Shown here one piece after another: positions 9,338 to 18,200 of a DNA stretch of 64,000 bases. Made by a program: the position numbers and the translations under genes. A model generated the notes under the pieces. That model had not been told where the DNA came from. It saw only the letters and a list, made by a program, of their open reading frames with translations, and ran no database searches. The stretch's first letter is position 1. The number at the start of each line of letters is the position of its first letter. Source of the stretch: Alphaproteobacteria bacterium (lineage in GTDB: Bacteria > Pseudomonadota > Alphaproteobacteria > CAAHEQ01 > UBA3637). The stretch spans positions 8,485 to 72,484 of the forward strand of contig JAZQXL010000023.1 in the NCBI GenBank assembly GCA_045632845.1. The letters are read 5' to 3'.

Positions 9338-9757
9338 ATGACAGTAAATTTTATATCGCATAGTGAAGCTGAAACACTTGAAATAGCTGCTAATTTTGCA
9401 AAAAATATATCTGCTGGGTCCGTTGTTGCACTTTATGGCACATTGGGTGCAGGGAAAAGTGCGTTTTGCCGTGGGTTTATTCAATCACTTTGCAAAACGG
9501 TTGAAGATGTACCAAGTCCAACGTTTACACTTTTGCAAACATATGAAGCCCCCTTATTTGAAATATACCATTTTGATATGTATCGCTTAAAAACACCAGA
9601 AGAAGCCTATGAACTAGGGATTGAAGATGCATTTTTAGATGGTGTTTCATTAATCGAATGGCCTGAAAAAATTGGTTCATTATTGCCAAAAAATGCCATT
9701 CGGATCACTTTTCAAATCCAAGAGGATCAATCTCGACTAATAACTATTGAGGAGTAA
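9338..9757 (+). CDS. tsaE: tRNA threonylcarbamoyladenosine biosynthesis ATPase TsaE
   Basis: 139 aa. Walker A GTLGAGKS, SPTFTL motif and HFDMYRL motif. Confidence 0.88.
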   Translation: MTVNFISHSEAETLEIAANFAKNISAGSVVALYGTLGAGKSAFCRGFIQSLCKTVEDVPSPTFTLLQTYEAPLFEIYHFDMYRLKTPEEAYELGIEDAFLDGVSLIEWPEKIGSLLPKNAIRITFQIQEDQSRLITIEE

Positions 9758-9761
9758 AGAA

Positions 9762-10772
9762 ATGTCTATTCAAGGAACAACAGCACTTGACACTTTTTTG
9801 GAAGAAACTGGTTGGCACACTGCAAAAAAATGCCTTTTAGCACATGATGCTTCTTTTCGCTGGTATGACAGGCTTGAAAAAGAAACAGGCGAAACAATGG
9901 TTTTGATGAATGCCCCTATACCGATGGAAAACCCAGCTCAATTTGTTTTTGTTGATGAACTCCTTGAAAACATTGGACTAAAAGTTCCTCATATTTTTCA
10001 TCGAGATCTAAAAAATGGATTTTTGTTGCTTGAAGATTTCGGTGACAATACATTCACACGTCTTATCAAAAATGGACATGATGAAATGGCCCTTTATGAA
10101 AAAGCAACAAAAGCACTTATCCATTTGCAAAAAAATATTCAAACCAATTGCGGATTAAAAGAATATGATTGGAATTTAATGTTTTTTGAAGCATCCCTTC
10201 TTCCTCTTTGGTATATCAAATATGTTGTAAAAAAAGAATTAACTGAAGAAGATATGCTTGAGTTTGAAAATATTTGGAAAACGATCTATCAAAAAATTGC
10301 GCAAGTTCCTCAAACACTTGTTTTATTAGATTATCATGTTGATAATTTAATGATTACAAAAACAGGTGACTGTGGTTTACTTGACTTTCAAGATGCAAGG
10401 TTCGGCCCAGTTACTTATGATTTAGCCTCTTTGCTTGAAGATGCAAGACGTCCTGTTCCAGAACACATTCAACAAGCAATGCTTGATCTTTACTTTAAGG
10501 AATTACCAGAATTTAACACCCCTGAATTTAAAGAGGCATATCCTCTTATGGCTGTGCAACGTCATACAAAAGTCATTGGGATTTTTGTACGTTTGTTTGC
10601 AAGAGATAAAAAAGACAGATACTTAAAACACATTCCATTTGTTTGGTCATTGCTTGAAAAACATTTGGATAACCTATTGTTAAAAGAGTATAAATCTTGG
10701 TTAGATAAGCACGTTCCAAGTGAAATCAGAAAAATTGTTCCTTTTGAAGGAGAAACAGTTCATGTCAATTAA
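9762..10772 (+). CDS. amgK: aminoglycoside-phosphotransferase-fold kinase, AmgK-like (MurNAc/GlcNAc anomeric kinase)
   Basis: APH-fold motifs LLDYHVDNLM and LLDFQDA. Preferred ATG is 9762, preceded by GAGGAG. It sits in the conserved tsaE-amgK-murU-addBA block. Confidence 0.6.
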   Translation: MSIQGTTALDTFLEETGWHTAKKCLLAHDASFRWYDRLEKETGETMVLMNAPIPMENPAQFVFVDELLENIGLKVPHIFHRDLKNGFLLLEDFGDNTFTRLIKNGHDEMALYEKATKALIHLQKNIQTNCGLKEYDWNLMFFEASLLPLWYIKYVVKKELTEEDMLEFENIWKTIYQKIAQVPQTLVLLDYHVDNLMITKTGDCGLLDFQDARFGPVTYDLASLLEDARRPVPEHIQQAMLDLYFKELPEFNTPEFKEAYPLMAVQRHTKVIGIFVRLFARDKKDRYLKHIPFVWSLLEKHLDNLLLKEYKSWLDKHVPSEIRKIVPFEGETVHVN

Positions 10773-11490
10773 AACAGCGATGGTTTTGGCAGCTGGTCGA
10801 GGTACCAGAATGCGTCATTTAACTGACAATCAACCAAAACCTTTGGTTAAAATTGATGGCATATCTCTTCTTAGTCATATTATTCAAAAAATTAAAAAAC
10901 ATGGGTTAGAAAACATCGTTATCAACACTTGTTATAAAAGTGAGATGATTAAAGAAGAAGTTTCGAATGAAAAGAATATTCTCATTTCTTTTTCTGATGA
11001 AGAGACGGCACTTGAAACTGGCGGTGGGGTAAAAAAAGCTCTTTCAAAACTGAATGAATTGGGTGGAGAAAATGGTTTTTTTGTTCTAAATGCTGATCCA
11101 TTATGGACAGAGCCAACAATGCCCATATTAGAACAACTAGAACAAACTTGGAATCCTGAAAAAATGGATATCTTACTAGCTGTTGTTCCCATTCAACAAG
11201 CTTATGGAGACGTTCCAGATGGAAATTATTTTATTGAAAACGGCCATTTAAGACGAAAAAGACCTAATGAAAAAAATATCCCCTACTTATTTATGGGGAT
11301 ACAAATCATCCACCCAAGAGTTTTTGCCCAATCTTTGCCAGAAGCTTTTAGTTTAAGAGATTTATATGATCAATCACAAGAAAATGGCCGTTTAGGACAC
11401 ATTATTTTTGACGGAAAATGGTTCCATGTTGGAACACCTGAAGCAGTTGATGAAACTGAAAAACTCTTCACAATGGGAAAAAACAAATGA
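10762..11490 (+). CDS. murU: sugar-1-phosphate nucleotidyltransferase, MurU-like
   Basis: Preferred start MSIKTAMVLAAGRGTRM (nucleotidyltransferase G-rich loop), preceded by GAAGGAGA. It overlaps the end of amgK. Confidence 0.62.
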   Translation: MSIKTAMVLAAGRGTRMRHLTDNQPKPLVKIDGISLLSHIIQKIKKHGLENIVINTCYKSEMIKEEVSNEKNILISFSDEETALETGGGVKKALSKLNELGGENGFFVLNADPLWTEPTMPILEQLEQTWNPEKMDILLAVVPIQQAYGDVPDGNYFIENGHLRRKRPNEKNIPYLFMGIQIIHPRVFAQSLPEAFSLRDLYDQSQENGRLGHIIFDGKWFHVGTPEAVDETEKLFTMGKNK

Positions 11491-14303
11491 TTTTTACACT
11501 CAATTTAACAGACAACTTCGCTGAAAAGATTGTTGAATATATCCTTTCTGAGAATATGTCCCCTTTACAAATGGCTCAGATGCAGATTATTTTGCCAACC
11601 AAACGTGCTGTTAAGACTGTTAAAGAATGCTTTTTAAAAAGAAGTGAACAAACCCCTCTTTTATTGCCAAAACTAACTGCTCTATACGAAATTGACACAT
11701 TAGAAGAGGATATTCCTCCTGCTATGAGTAATATTGAACGTTTGATTTTATTAACTAAAATCTGCCAAAAAAAACCAAACGTTGAAACGCTTGATCAAGC
11801 ATTAACCATTGCCATTAGTTTAAGTTCCTTATTGGATGAATTTTATCAATTTGAATCTTCATTTGACGATTTAGAAAATCTTGTCCCTGATTTGGAACTT
11901 GCTGAACATTGGAACGAAACCATTCAATTTTTAGATGTTATTCGTAAAATTTGGCCTGCTCTATTAGCTGAAAAAGGACTGATTGACGAACAAGATCGAA
12001 AAATTCGCTTGATTAATGCTTTTACTCAAAAAATTAAATCAAATCCACCTAAAAATAAAGTTATTATCGCAGGATTTGATGGTGCTTTACCTGCTGTTTC
12101 AAGATTGATAAAAGAAATTAACAACTTACCAAATTCGCTTATTTTGCTCCAAGGATTAAACACCTGGTTAACAGATGATGATTTATCATATATTGATGAT
12201 AATCACTATCAATATGCATTTAAACGGCTTTTAAAAGCGTTAGATATGTTTCCCCCTCAAATCCAAAATTTATCAGATAATTTACACCCTCGAGAAGAAT
12301 TAATCATTGAATCTTTAAGACCAGCTGAACAAGCTGAGGAATGGCGCTGTTTAAACCTTTCAGAAGATGTTTTAAAAAATGTTAAAAGAATTGATTGTGA
12401 AAGCATTAATGAAGAGGCTTTGACAATTGCACTTATTTTAAGAGAAACGCTTGAAACACCAGAAAAAACAGCAGCCCTTGTCACAAATGATCGTATGCTT
12501 GCAAGACGTGTAATTTTAGAAATGAAGCGCTGGGGCGTAGAACTTGACGATTCAGCTGGAACACCTTTGCACCATACGCCTGTTGGTGTTTATTTATCAT
12601 TAATTGCATTGCTTGGAAAAGAATATCCCAATAATCAATCCAATTTGCTTTCTTTATTAAAGCACCCTTTAAGTGCAGATAATATGATGCCAACAGATTT
12701 AAGAAAATTGGTTAAAACGAAAGAAAAAGAGGCAAGAGAAAAGCAAAATCCTTTAGATATTGATTTAAACACAAACTTAGAAAGCTTTTTATCTTTTTTC
12801 AAAAACAACACACCTGTTCCTTTTATTGATATATTAAATGAACATTTAAAAGTAGCAGAAGAGCTTGCAACAAGCCCTGATCGATCGGGCGAAGAGCGTT
12901 TGTGGGGAAATGAGTCCGGACAGGAAGCTTTTAAGTTGTTTGTTAAAATCAAAGAACACGCCCAGAAATTGGGTGAAATTCAACCAAATGACTATTTTAA
13001 TATGGTTATGCTTTTTTTATCAGGGTTGAGTGTCCGTTCAAGATATGGCATGCATAACAGGCTTGATATTTTAGGTCCAATTGAAGCTAGGTTAACACAC
13101 CCAGATGTATGCATTATCGCTGGACTAAACGAAGGTTCCTTCCCTATGCTTTCAGACACTGGTCCTTGGTTATCACGTCAGATGAGAAAAGCATTAAAAC
13201 TCCCAGCTGTTGAAAGCAAAATTGCAACACAAAGTATGGATTTTGCTCATTGCTTTTCAAGTCCAGAAGTTTATCTCACAAGATCAGTTAAATCAGAAGG
13301 ATCCCAAACCATTCCTTCACGTTTTCTTTCAAGAATTGATGCTGTTTTAAATGCAAGTAACATCAAATGGGAAATCCTTCAACCACACTATGCAAGGCTA
13401 TTGGATAAAACAGATACACAAGAGCAAATTACACGCCCTGCTCCAACTCCACCTATTGATGTTCGCCCAACTGAACTTTCAGTGACAAACGTGGAATTGT
13501 TGATGAAAAACCCTTATGCTGTTTATGCTAAATATATTTTAAAACTTTTCCCACTCAAAGATATTGGGGATGTACAAGAAAATATTATTTATGGTCTTGC
13601 ACTTCACAACACATTGGAGCATTTTTTAAGCACAACACCCTTTCACAAAGATCCAGCTGTTTTGAAGGAAAAAATCATTCAAACACTCAAGGAATACCAT
13701 TTCCCAGAACCTACACTTGCTTTTTATGATGAAAAAATTGCCAAGATTTCAAATTTTATCATTGATATTCAAAGCATTCGCGAACAATTAACTGAAGAAA
13801 TATTCCTTGAGAAAAAAGGAACACTTCAAATCGAATTGGATGACAAATCTATTTTCACCTTGACTGGCAAAGCTGACAGAATTGACAAATTAAAAACAAA
13901 TACCCTTGAAATCATTGATTATAAAACAGGAACACCTCCTGCTAATAGTGATATTGTAGCGGGACTTTCTCCTCAAATGACCTTAGAAGCTGTTATTTTA
14001 AGAGAAAATGGGTTTGAAGAAATAAAACCAAAAAATGATATTCAAATTTCATATTGGAAATTAAATGGAAAAAATAGTGGTGGAGAAATTATACATATTC
14101 CATCAAAAACATCCAAAAAAGATGTTTCTGAATTAATTGAAGAAGCCTATCAAGGTGTTAAAGCCATTTTAAATAAATTTAGAGATGATAAAACACCATA
14201 CACTGCCTCACCACGCCCTGATAAAATTAAATATAACGACTATGCACTCTTAAGCCGTGAAAAAGAATGGTTAACAGCTGACGATTTAGATGATGAGGAC
14301 TAA
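11487..14303 (+). CDS. addB: double-strand break repair protein AddB (alphaproteobacterial type)
   Basis: 938 aa. C-terminal PD-(D/E)xK nuclease motif GKADRIDKL...IIDYKTG. It is directly upstream of and overlapping addA. Confidence 0.8.
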   Translation: MIFTLNLTDNFAEKIVEYILSENMSPLQMAQMQIILPTKRAVKTVKECFLKRSEQTPLLLPKLTALYEIDTLEEDIPPAMSNIERLILLTKICQKKPNVETLDQALTIAISLSSLLDEFYQFESSFDDLENLVPDLELAEHWNETIQFLDVIRKIWPALLAEKGLIDEQDRKIRLINAFTQKIKSNPPKNKVIIAGFDGALPAVSRLIKEINNLPNSLILLQGLNTWLTDDDLSYIDDNHYQYAFKRLLKALDMFPPQIQNLSDNLHPREELIIESLRPAEQAEEWRCLNLSEDVLKNVKRIDCESINEEALTIALILRETLETPEKTAALVTNDRMLARRVILEMKRWGVELDDSAGTPLHHTPVGVYLSLIALLGKEYPNNQSNLLSLLKHPLSADNMMPTDLRKLVKTKEKEAREKQNPLDIDLNTNLESFLSFFKNNTPVPFIDILNEHLKVAEELATSPDRSGEERLWGNESGQEAFKLFVKIKEHAQKLGEIQPNDYFNMVMLFLSGLSVRSRYGMHNRLDILGPIEARLTHPDVCIIAGLNEGSFPMLSDTGPWLSRQMRKALKLPAVESKIATQSMDFAHCFSSPEVYLTRSVKSEGSQTIPSRFLSRIDAVLNASNIKWEILQPHYARLLDKTDTQEQITRPAPTPPIDVRPTELSVTNVELLMKNPYAVYAKYILKLFPLKDIGDVQENIIYGLALHNTLEHFLSTTPFHKDPAVLKEKIIQTLKEYHFPEPTLAFYDEKIAKISNFIIDIQSIREQLTEEIFLEKKGTLQIELDDKSIFTLTGKADRIDKLKTNTLEIIDYKTGTPPANSDIVAGLSPQMTLEAVILRENGFEEIKPKNDIQISYWKLNGKNSGGEIIHIPSKTSKKDVSELIEEAYQGVKAILNKFRDDKTPYTASPRPDKIKYNDYALLSREKEWLTADDLDDED

Positions 14304-14304
14304 T

Positions 14305-17300
14305 ATGACATTGCTTGCTGAAATTACACAAAAACAACAAACTGCTGCTCATCCCCTTAATTCCGTTTGGGTTTCTGCTTCTGCAGGTTCTGGCAAAACA
14401 AAAGTTCTGACCGATCGTGTTCTTAATTTATTATTAACTGGAACACCTCCTGAAAAATTGCTTTGTCTGACTTTTACAAAAGCGGCTGCTGCCGAAATGT
14501 CAAACCGCATCACTTCAACCTTGAAACTGTGGGCCATTCAAAGTGACGAAGAGCTTACCTCTCTTTTAAAAGAATTAAGAGGATTCTATCCTTCAAACGA
14601 AATGCTTAAAATTGCAAGATCTTTGTTTGTTAAGGTACTTGAAACACCAGGCGGACTAAAAATTATGACTATTCATAGTTTTTGCCAATCTATTTTAAAA
14701 AGATTTCCAATTGAAGCTCGTATTTCACCTCAATTTGAAGTTATTGATGAGGTAAAATCACATGCATTGATGCAACAGGCAATTAATGAAACATTCTTAG
14801 ACGCTCGTTCAAAACAACAAACAGCTATTTTAAGCGATTATCTATATGAAAAATCAATCAAAAGCATTTTTGATATGATATTACAAAACCAATCAACATT
14901 AGAAGAAAGATTGGCCACTTACAAAGATATAAACCTTCTTAAAAACAATTTAAAAAAATACTTTAAAATTCAAAATTACAATTCAAAAATTGAAATTATC
15001 TCAGAACATTTTAATCCTGAAGAATTTAACAAATTAAGAGCTCTTTATTTAACGCAAAAAGATACTGTCAAAAAAACACAAGAAAAAGAGCCAAAAGCCT
15101 TTCTGATGTTTGATACCGTTAATAATCTTAAATCATTTCAATTGGTTGAAGTAACTGTTGCATTAACAAATCTGATACAATACATCTTAAAAAAATATAA
15201 GACTCTTAAAAAAGAAGAATCATTTTTAGATTATAGCGATCTGATCTCAATTACAAAAAATTTGCTTAAAAAATCAGGGATGTCTGACTGGGTTTTGTTC
15301 AAATTAGATGGAGGTATTGACCATATTTTAATTGATGAAGCACAAGATACCAACCCAGAACAATGGGAAATTATCAGATTAATCGCTGAAGAGTTCTTTT
15401 CTGGTCTTGGACGTGAAACAGAGCATGTGAGAACCATTTTTGCTGTTGGTGATAAAAAACAATCTATTTATAGCTTCCAAGGAGCTGACCCAGATGAATT
15501 TGAAAGAATGCATACTTTTTTTAAAAACCGAGTTCTTTCTTCTGAAAAAAAATTTGAAACTGTTCCTTTGAATATGTCTTTTAGATCAACTGATGCTGTT
15601 TTAAAACTTGTTAATATGTTGCTTAGTAACCCCAAAGCAAGATCAGGTCTTCTTAATCAAGGAGAAGAAGCTATTCACATTCCTTTTCGAGCAAATGATG
15701 CAGGCTTGGTTGAAATTTGGCCATTAGAACAACCTTTAGAAAAAGAAGACACTCCTAGTTGGAGTTTTCCTGAACCAAACAAAACCCCTTCTGCTGTAAC
15801 AATGCTTGCTGAAAAAATCGCAACAAAAATCAAACAAATGGTTGGGAACGAATTATTAGAATCAAAAGGTCGCCCCATTGAGCCAGGTGATATTATGATT
15901 TTGGTTCGAAAACGCAACAAAATTGTAGCAGAAATTGTGCGTGCCCTTAAAGAAAAAAATGTTCCTGTTGCTGGGGTTGATAGAATTGTTTTAACTGAAC
16001 ACATTGCCGTTCAAGACTTAATCAGTGTTGCAAGGTTTGTTCTTTTGCCTGAAGATGATTTAAACCTCGCCTGTCTTTTAAAATGTCCTTTATTTAAAAT
16101 ATCTGAAGAAGAGCTTTTTGAATTGGCCCATAACAGAGGTAATCATTCTCTTTTCACAATGGTTCAAAAACAATGCCCAGATATTGCAAAAAAATTAAAC
16201 CAAATTTTAAACCAAGCAGATAAAATGCCTGTTTTTGAGTTCTTTTCATATCTGCTTGGCCCACTAAACGGCAGAAAAGATTTTATCTCTAGATTGGGAG
16301 AAGAAGCCAATGAAGCTCTTGATGAATTCTTATCCCTCACATTGAATTTTGAAACAACAGAAATTCCATCCTTACAGAACTTTTTAAAATGGATTAACAA
16401 TAGAAAAGTCGAAATCAAACGTGACTTAGACCAATCAGGTATCAATGCTGTTCGAATTATGACTGTTCACGCATCAAAGGGCCTTCAAGGAAACATTGTC
16501 TTTTTGCCAGATACACGAAGTGTCCCTAAGGCAAAAGATACTTTCTTATGGACAAAAGATAATCTTCCAATCTGGGTTGCAAGCTCTCAACTTAAAACGC
16601 AACAAATTGATGATTTGTATGAGGACTTGGATAATTTGCAATTTCAAGAATACAATCGTTTGCTCTATGTTGCATTAACCCGAGCAAAAGACCGTTTATA
16701 TATCACAGGTTGGGATAACAGAAAAACCAAAAACCCCAACAAAGCTAATTGGTATGATTTAATTTTAGACTCACTACCAACTGAAATAAAAGCTGATGCC
16801 GATGGAATCATTCGCATCACCTCCCCTCAATTAAAAGAAGTTAAAAAAGAAAGTGTTCAAGTTGAGGAAGAAAAAAACATTGTCTTGCCTGATTTTGTTT
16901 TTAAAAATGCAATTTCTGAAGGGCCACTTTCCAAACCGCTCATGCCATCTAAACTAGATGAGGAAGAAACAGAATCACACTCTGCCCTTGGTCAAGATAG
17001 AGCCTATGCATTAAAAAGAGGGACTTTTATCCATCAGTTATTACAATATTTACCTGATGTGCCAGAAAACAAAAGAAAAGAAATTGCCCTAAAACTCAAA
17101 CCACAAGACATTGACATTCCTGAAAATTTATTTGATATCTTTGAAAAAGAAGAGTTTAAACACCTATTTTCACAAAATTCTCAAGCAGAAGTTCCAATTG
17201 TTGGCGTTTTAAACGGCCAGGTTATATCAGGACAAATTGACCGTCTTTCTATTTGTGAAAACGATATTTATCTTATTGATTTTAAATCAAATAAATATGT

Positions 17301-17457
17301 CCCCAAAACACATTTAGATGTTCCAGTAACTTATCAAAAACAAATGAAAACATATAAAGACTTGCTGAAAAAAATTTTTCCTGATAAGGTAATCCATACA
17401 TATTTATTATGGACCGAAAACTTAACACTTATGGAGCTTTTTAAAAATGAAGATTAA
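14305..17457 (+). CDS. addA: double-strand break repair helicase-nuclease AddA (UvrD-like)
   Basis: Walker A ASAGSGKT, UvrD motifs (ILIDEAQDTNP, VGDKKQSIYSFQGA, TVHASKGLQG, YVALTRAK) and C-terminal nuclease motif GQIDRL...LIDFKSN. Preferred ATG is 14305, preceded by GAGGA. Confidence 0.88.
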   Translation: MTLLAEITQKQQTAAHPLNSVWVSASAGSGKTKVLTDRVLNLLLTGTPPEKLLCLTFTKAAAAEMSNRITSTLKLWAIQSDEELTSLLKELRGFYPSNEMLKIARSLFVKVLETPGGLKIMTIHSFCQSILKRFPIEARISPQFEVIDEVKSHALMQQAINETFLDARSKQQTAILSDYLYEKSIKSIFDMILQNQSTLEERLATYKDINLLKNNLKKYFKIQNYNSKIEIISEHFNPEEFNKLRALYLTQKDTVKKTQEKEPKAFLMFDTVNNLKSFQLVEVTVALTNLIQYILKKYKTLKKEESFLDYSDLISITKNLLKKSGMSDWVLFKLDGGIDHILIDEAQDTNPEQWEIIRLIAEEFFSGLGRETEHVRTIFAVGDKKQSIYSFQGADPDEFERMHTFFKNRVLSSEKKFETVPLNMSFRSTDAVLKLVNMLLSNPKARSGLLNQGEEAIHIPFRANDAGLVEIWPLEQPLEKEDTPSWSFPEPNKTPSAVTMLAEKIATKIKQMVGNELLESKGRPIEPGDIMILVRKRNKIVAEIVRALKEKNVPVAGVDRIVLTEHIAVQDLISVARFVLLPEDDLNLACLLKCPLFKISEEELFELAHNRGNHSLFTMVQKQCPDIAKKLNQILNQADKMPVFEFFSYLLGPLNGRKDFISRLGEEANEALDEFLSLTLNFETTEIPSLQNFLKWINNRKVEIKRDLDQSGINAVRIMTVHASKGLQGNIVFLPDTRSVPKAKDTFLWTKDNLPIWVASSQLKTQQIDDLYEDLDNLQFQEYNRLLYVALTRAKDRLYITGWDNRKTKNPNKANWYDLILDSLPTEIKADADGIIRITSPQLKEVKKESVQVEEEKNIVLPDFVFKNAISEGPLSKPLMPSKLDEEETESHSALGQDRAYALKRGTFIHQLLQYLPDVPENKRKEIALKLKPQDIDIPENLFDIFEKEEFKHLFSQNSQAEVPIVGVLNGQVISGQIDRLSICENDIYLIDFKSNKYVPKTHLDVPVTYQKQMKTYKDLLKKIFPDKVIHTYLLWTENLTLMELFKNED

Positions 17458-18193
17458 ATCAAAAACACTTTCATTGCTTGCGACAACTTTTTTATTAACA
17501 GCTTGTTCCAGCCTTCCAAGCACACCTGAAGGGTTCACAAAAACAACTATCGAAGCTGAACAATTGAACTTTGTCGTATGGGAAAAAGACTCCATAAAAC
17601 CAAAAGAAACACTTCGTTTTTATATTGAAGGAAATGGCACCCCAAACCCTCAAAAAGCAATTGCTCTTTCACTTGCAAAAGAAGATGATTTTGATAATAT
17701 TGTTGTGTTAACCCGTCCATGTCAATATATTGATAATCCAATTTGCCAAAACAAAAGCATTTGGGAAGAAGAAAGATATCATCCTGAAATCCTCAAAGAA
17801 ATGCAAGAACTTACAAAATATTTCATCAAAAAACACCAAGCAAAAGACATTGAGTTAGTTGCTTATGATGATGCAGCACCCATTGCGTTTAACATTGCTC
17901 AACGTATCGGTGGTACCAAAAAAATTATAACCATTGCTGGAGTTTTGGATGTTAATTCTTATGCAAAACAAAATAAACTTCCTAAATTTAAAAATGTTAG
18001 TGAAGTTCAAAATAACCATCATTTTATGGCTGCAATTCCTCAAATCCATTATGTCGGTTCAAAAGATGAAGTTGTTACCAGAACAATGACTGAACAAACC
18101 ATTGCAAAATTAAATAAACCACAAAATATAACCGTTAAAGTGGTTCATGGGTTTGACCATGACGATTGGGACAATATTAAACTGAATTATTAA
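17447..18193 (+). CDS. lipoprotein with alpha/beta-hydrolase-like topology (possibly VirJ/AcvB-like, nucleophile elbow degenerate)
   Basis: 248 aa. Signal peptide plus lipobox LLTAC. Strand/elbow pattern RFYIEGNG ... ELVAYDDAAP ... IHYVGSKDEVV ... VVHGFDHDDW. AYDDA sits where GxSxG is expected. 11-nt overlap with addA. Confidence 0.35.
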   Translation: MKIKSKTLSLLATTFLLTACSSLPSTPEGFTKTTIEAEQLNFVVWEKDSIKPKETLRFYIEGNGTPNPQKAIALSLAKEDDFDNIVVLTRPCQYIDNPICQNKSIWEEERYHPEILKEMQELTKYFIKKHQAKDIELVAYDDAAPIAFNIAQRIGGTKKIITIAGVLDVNSYAKQNKLPKFKNVSEVQNNHHFMAAIPQIHYVGSKDEVVTRTMTEQTIAKLNKPQNITVKVVHGFDHDDWDNIKLNY

Positions 18194-18200
18194 ATCAGGC

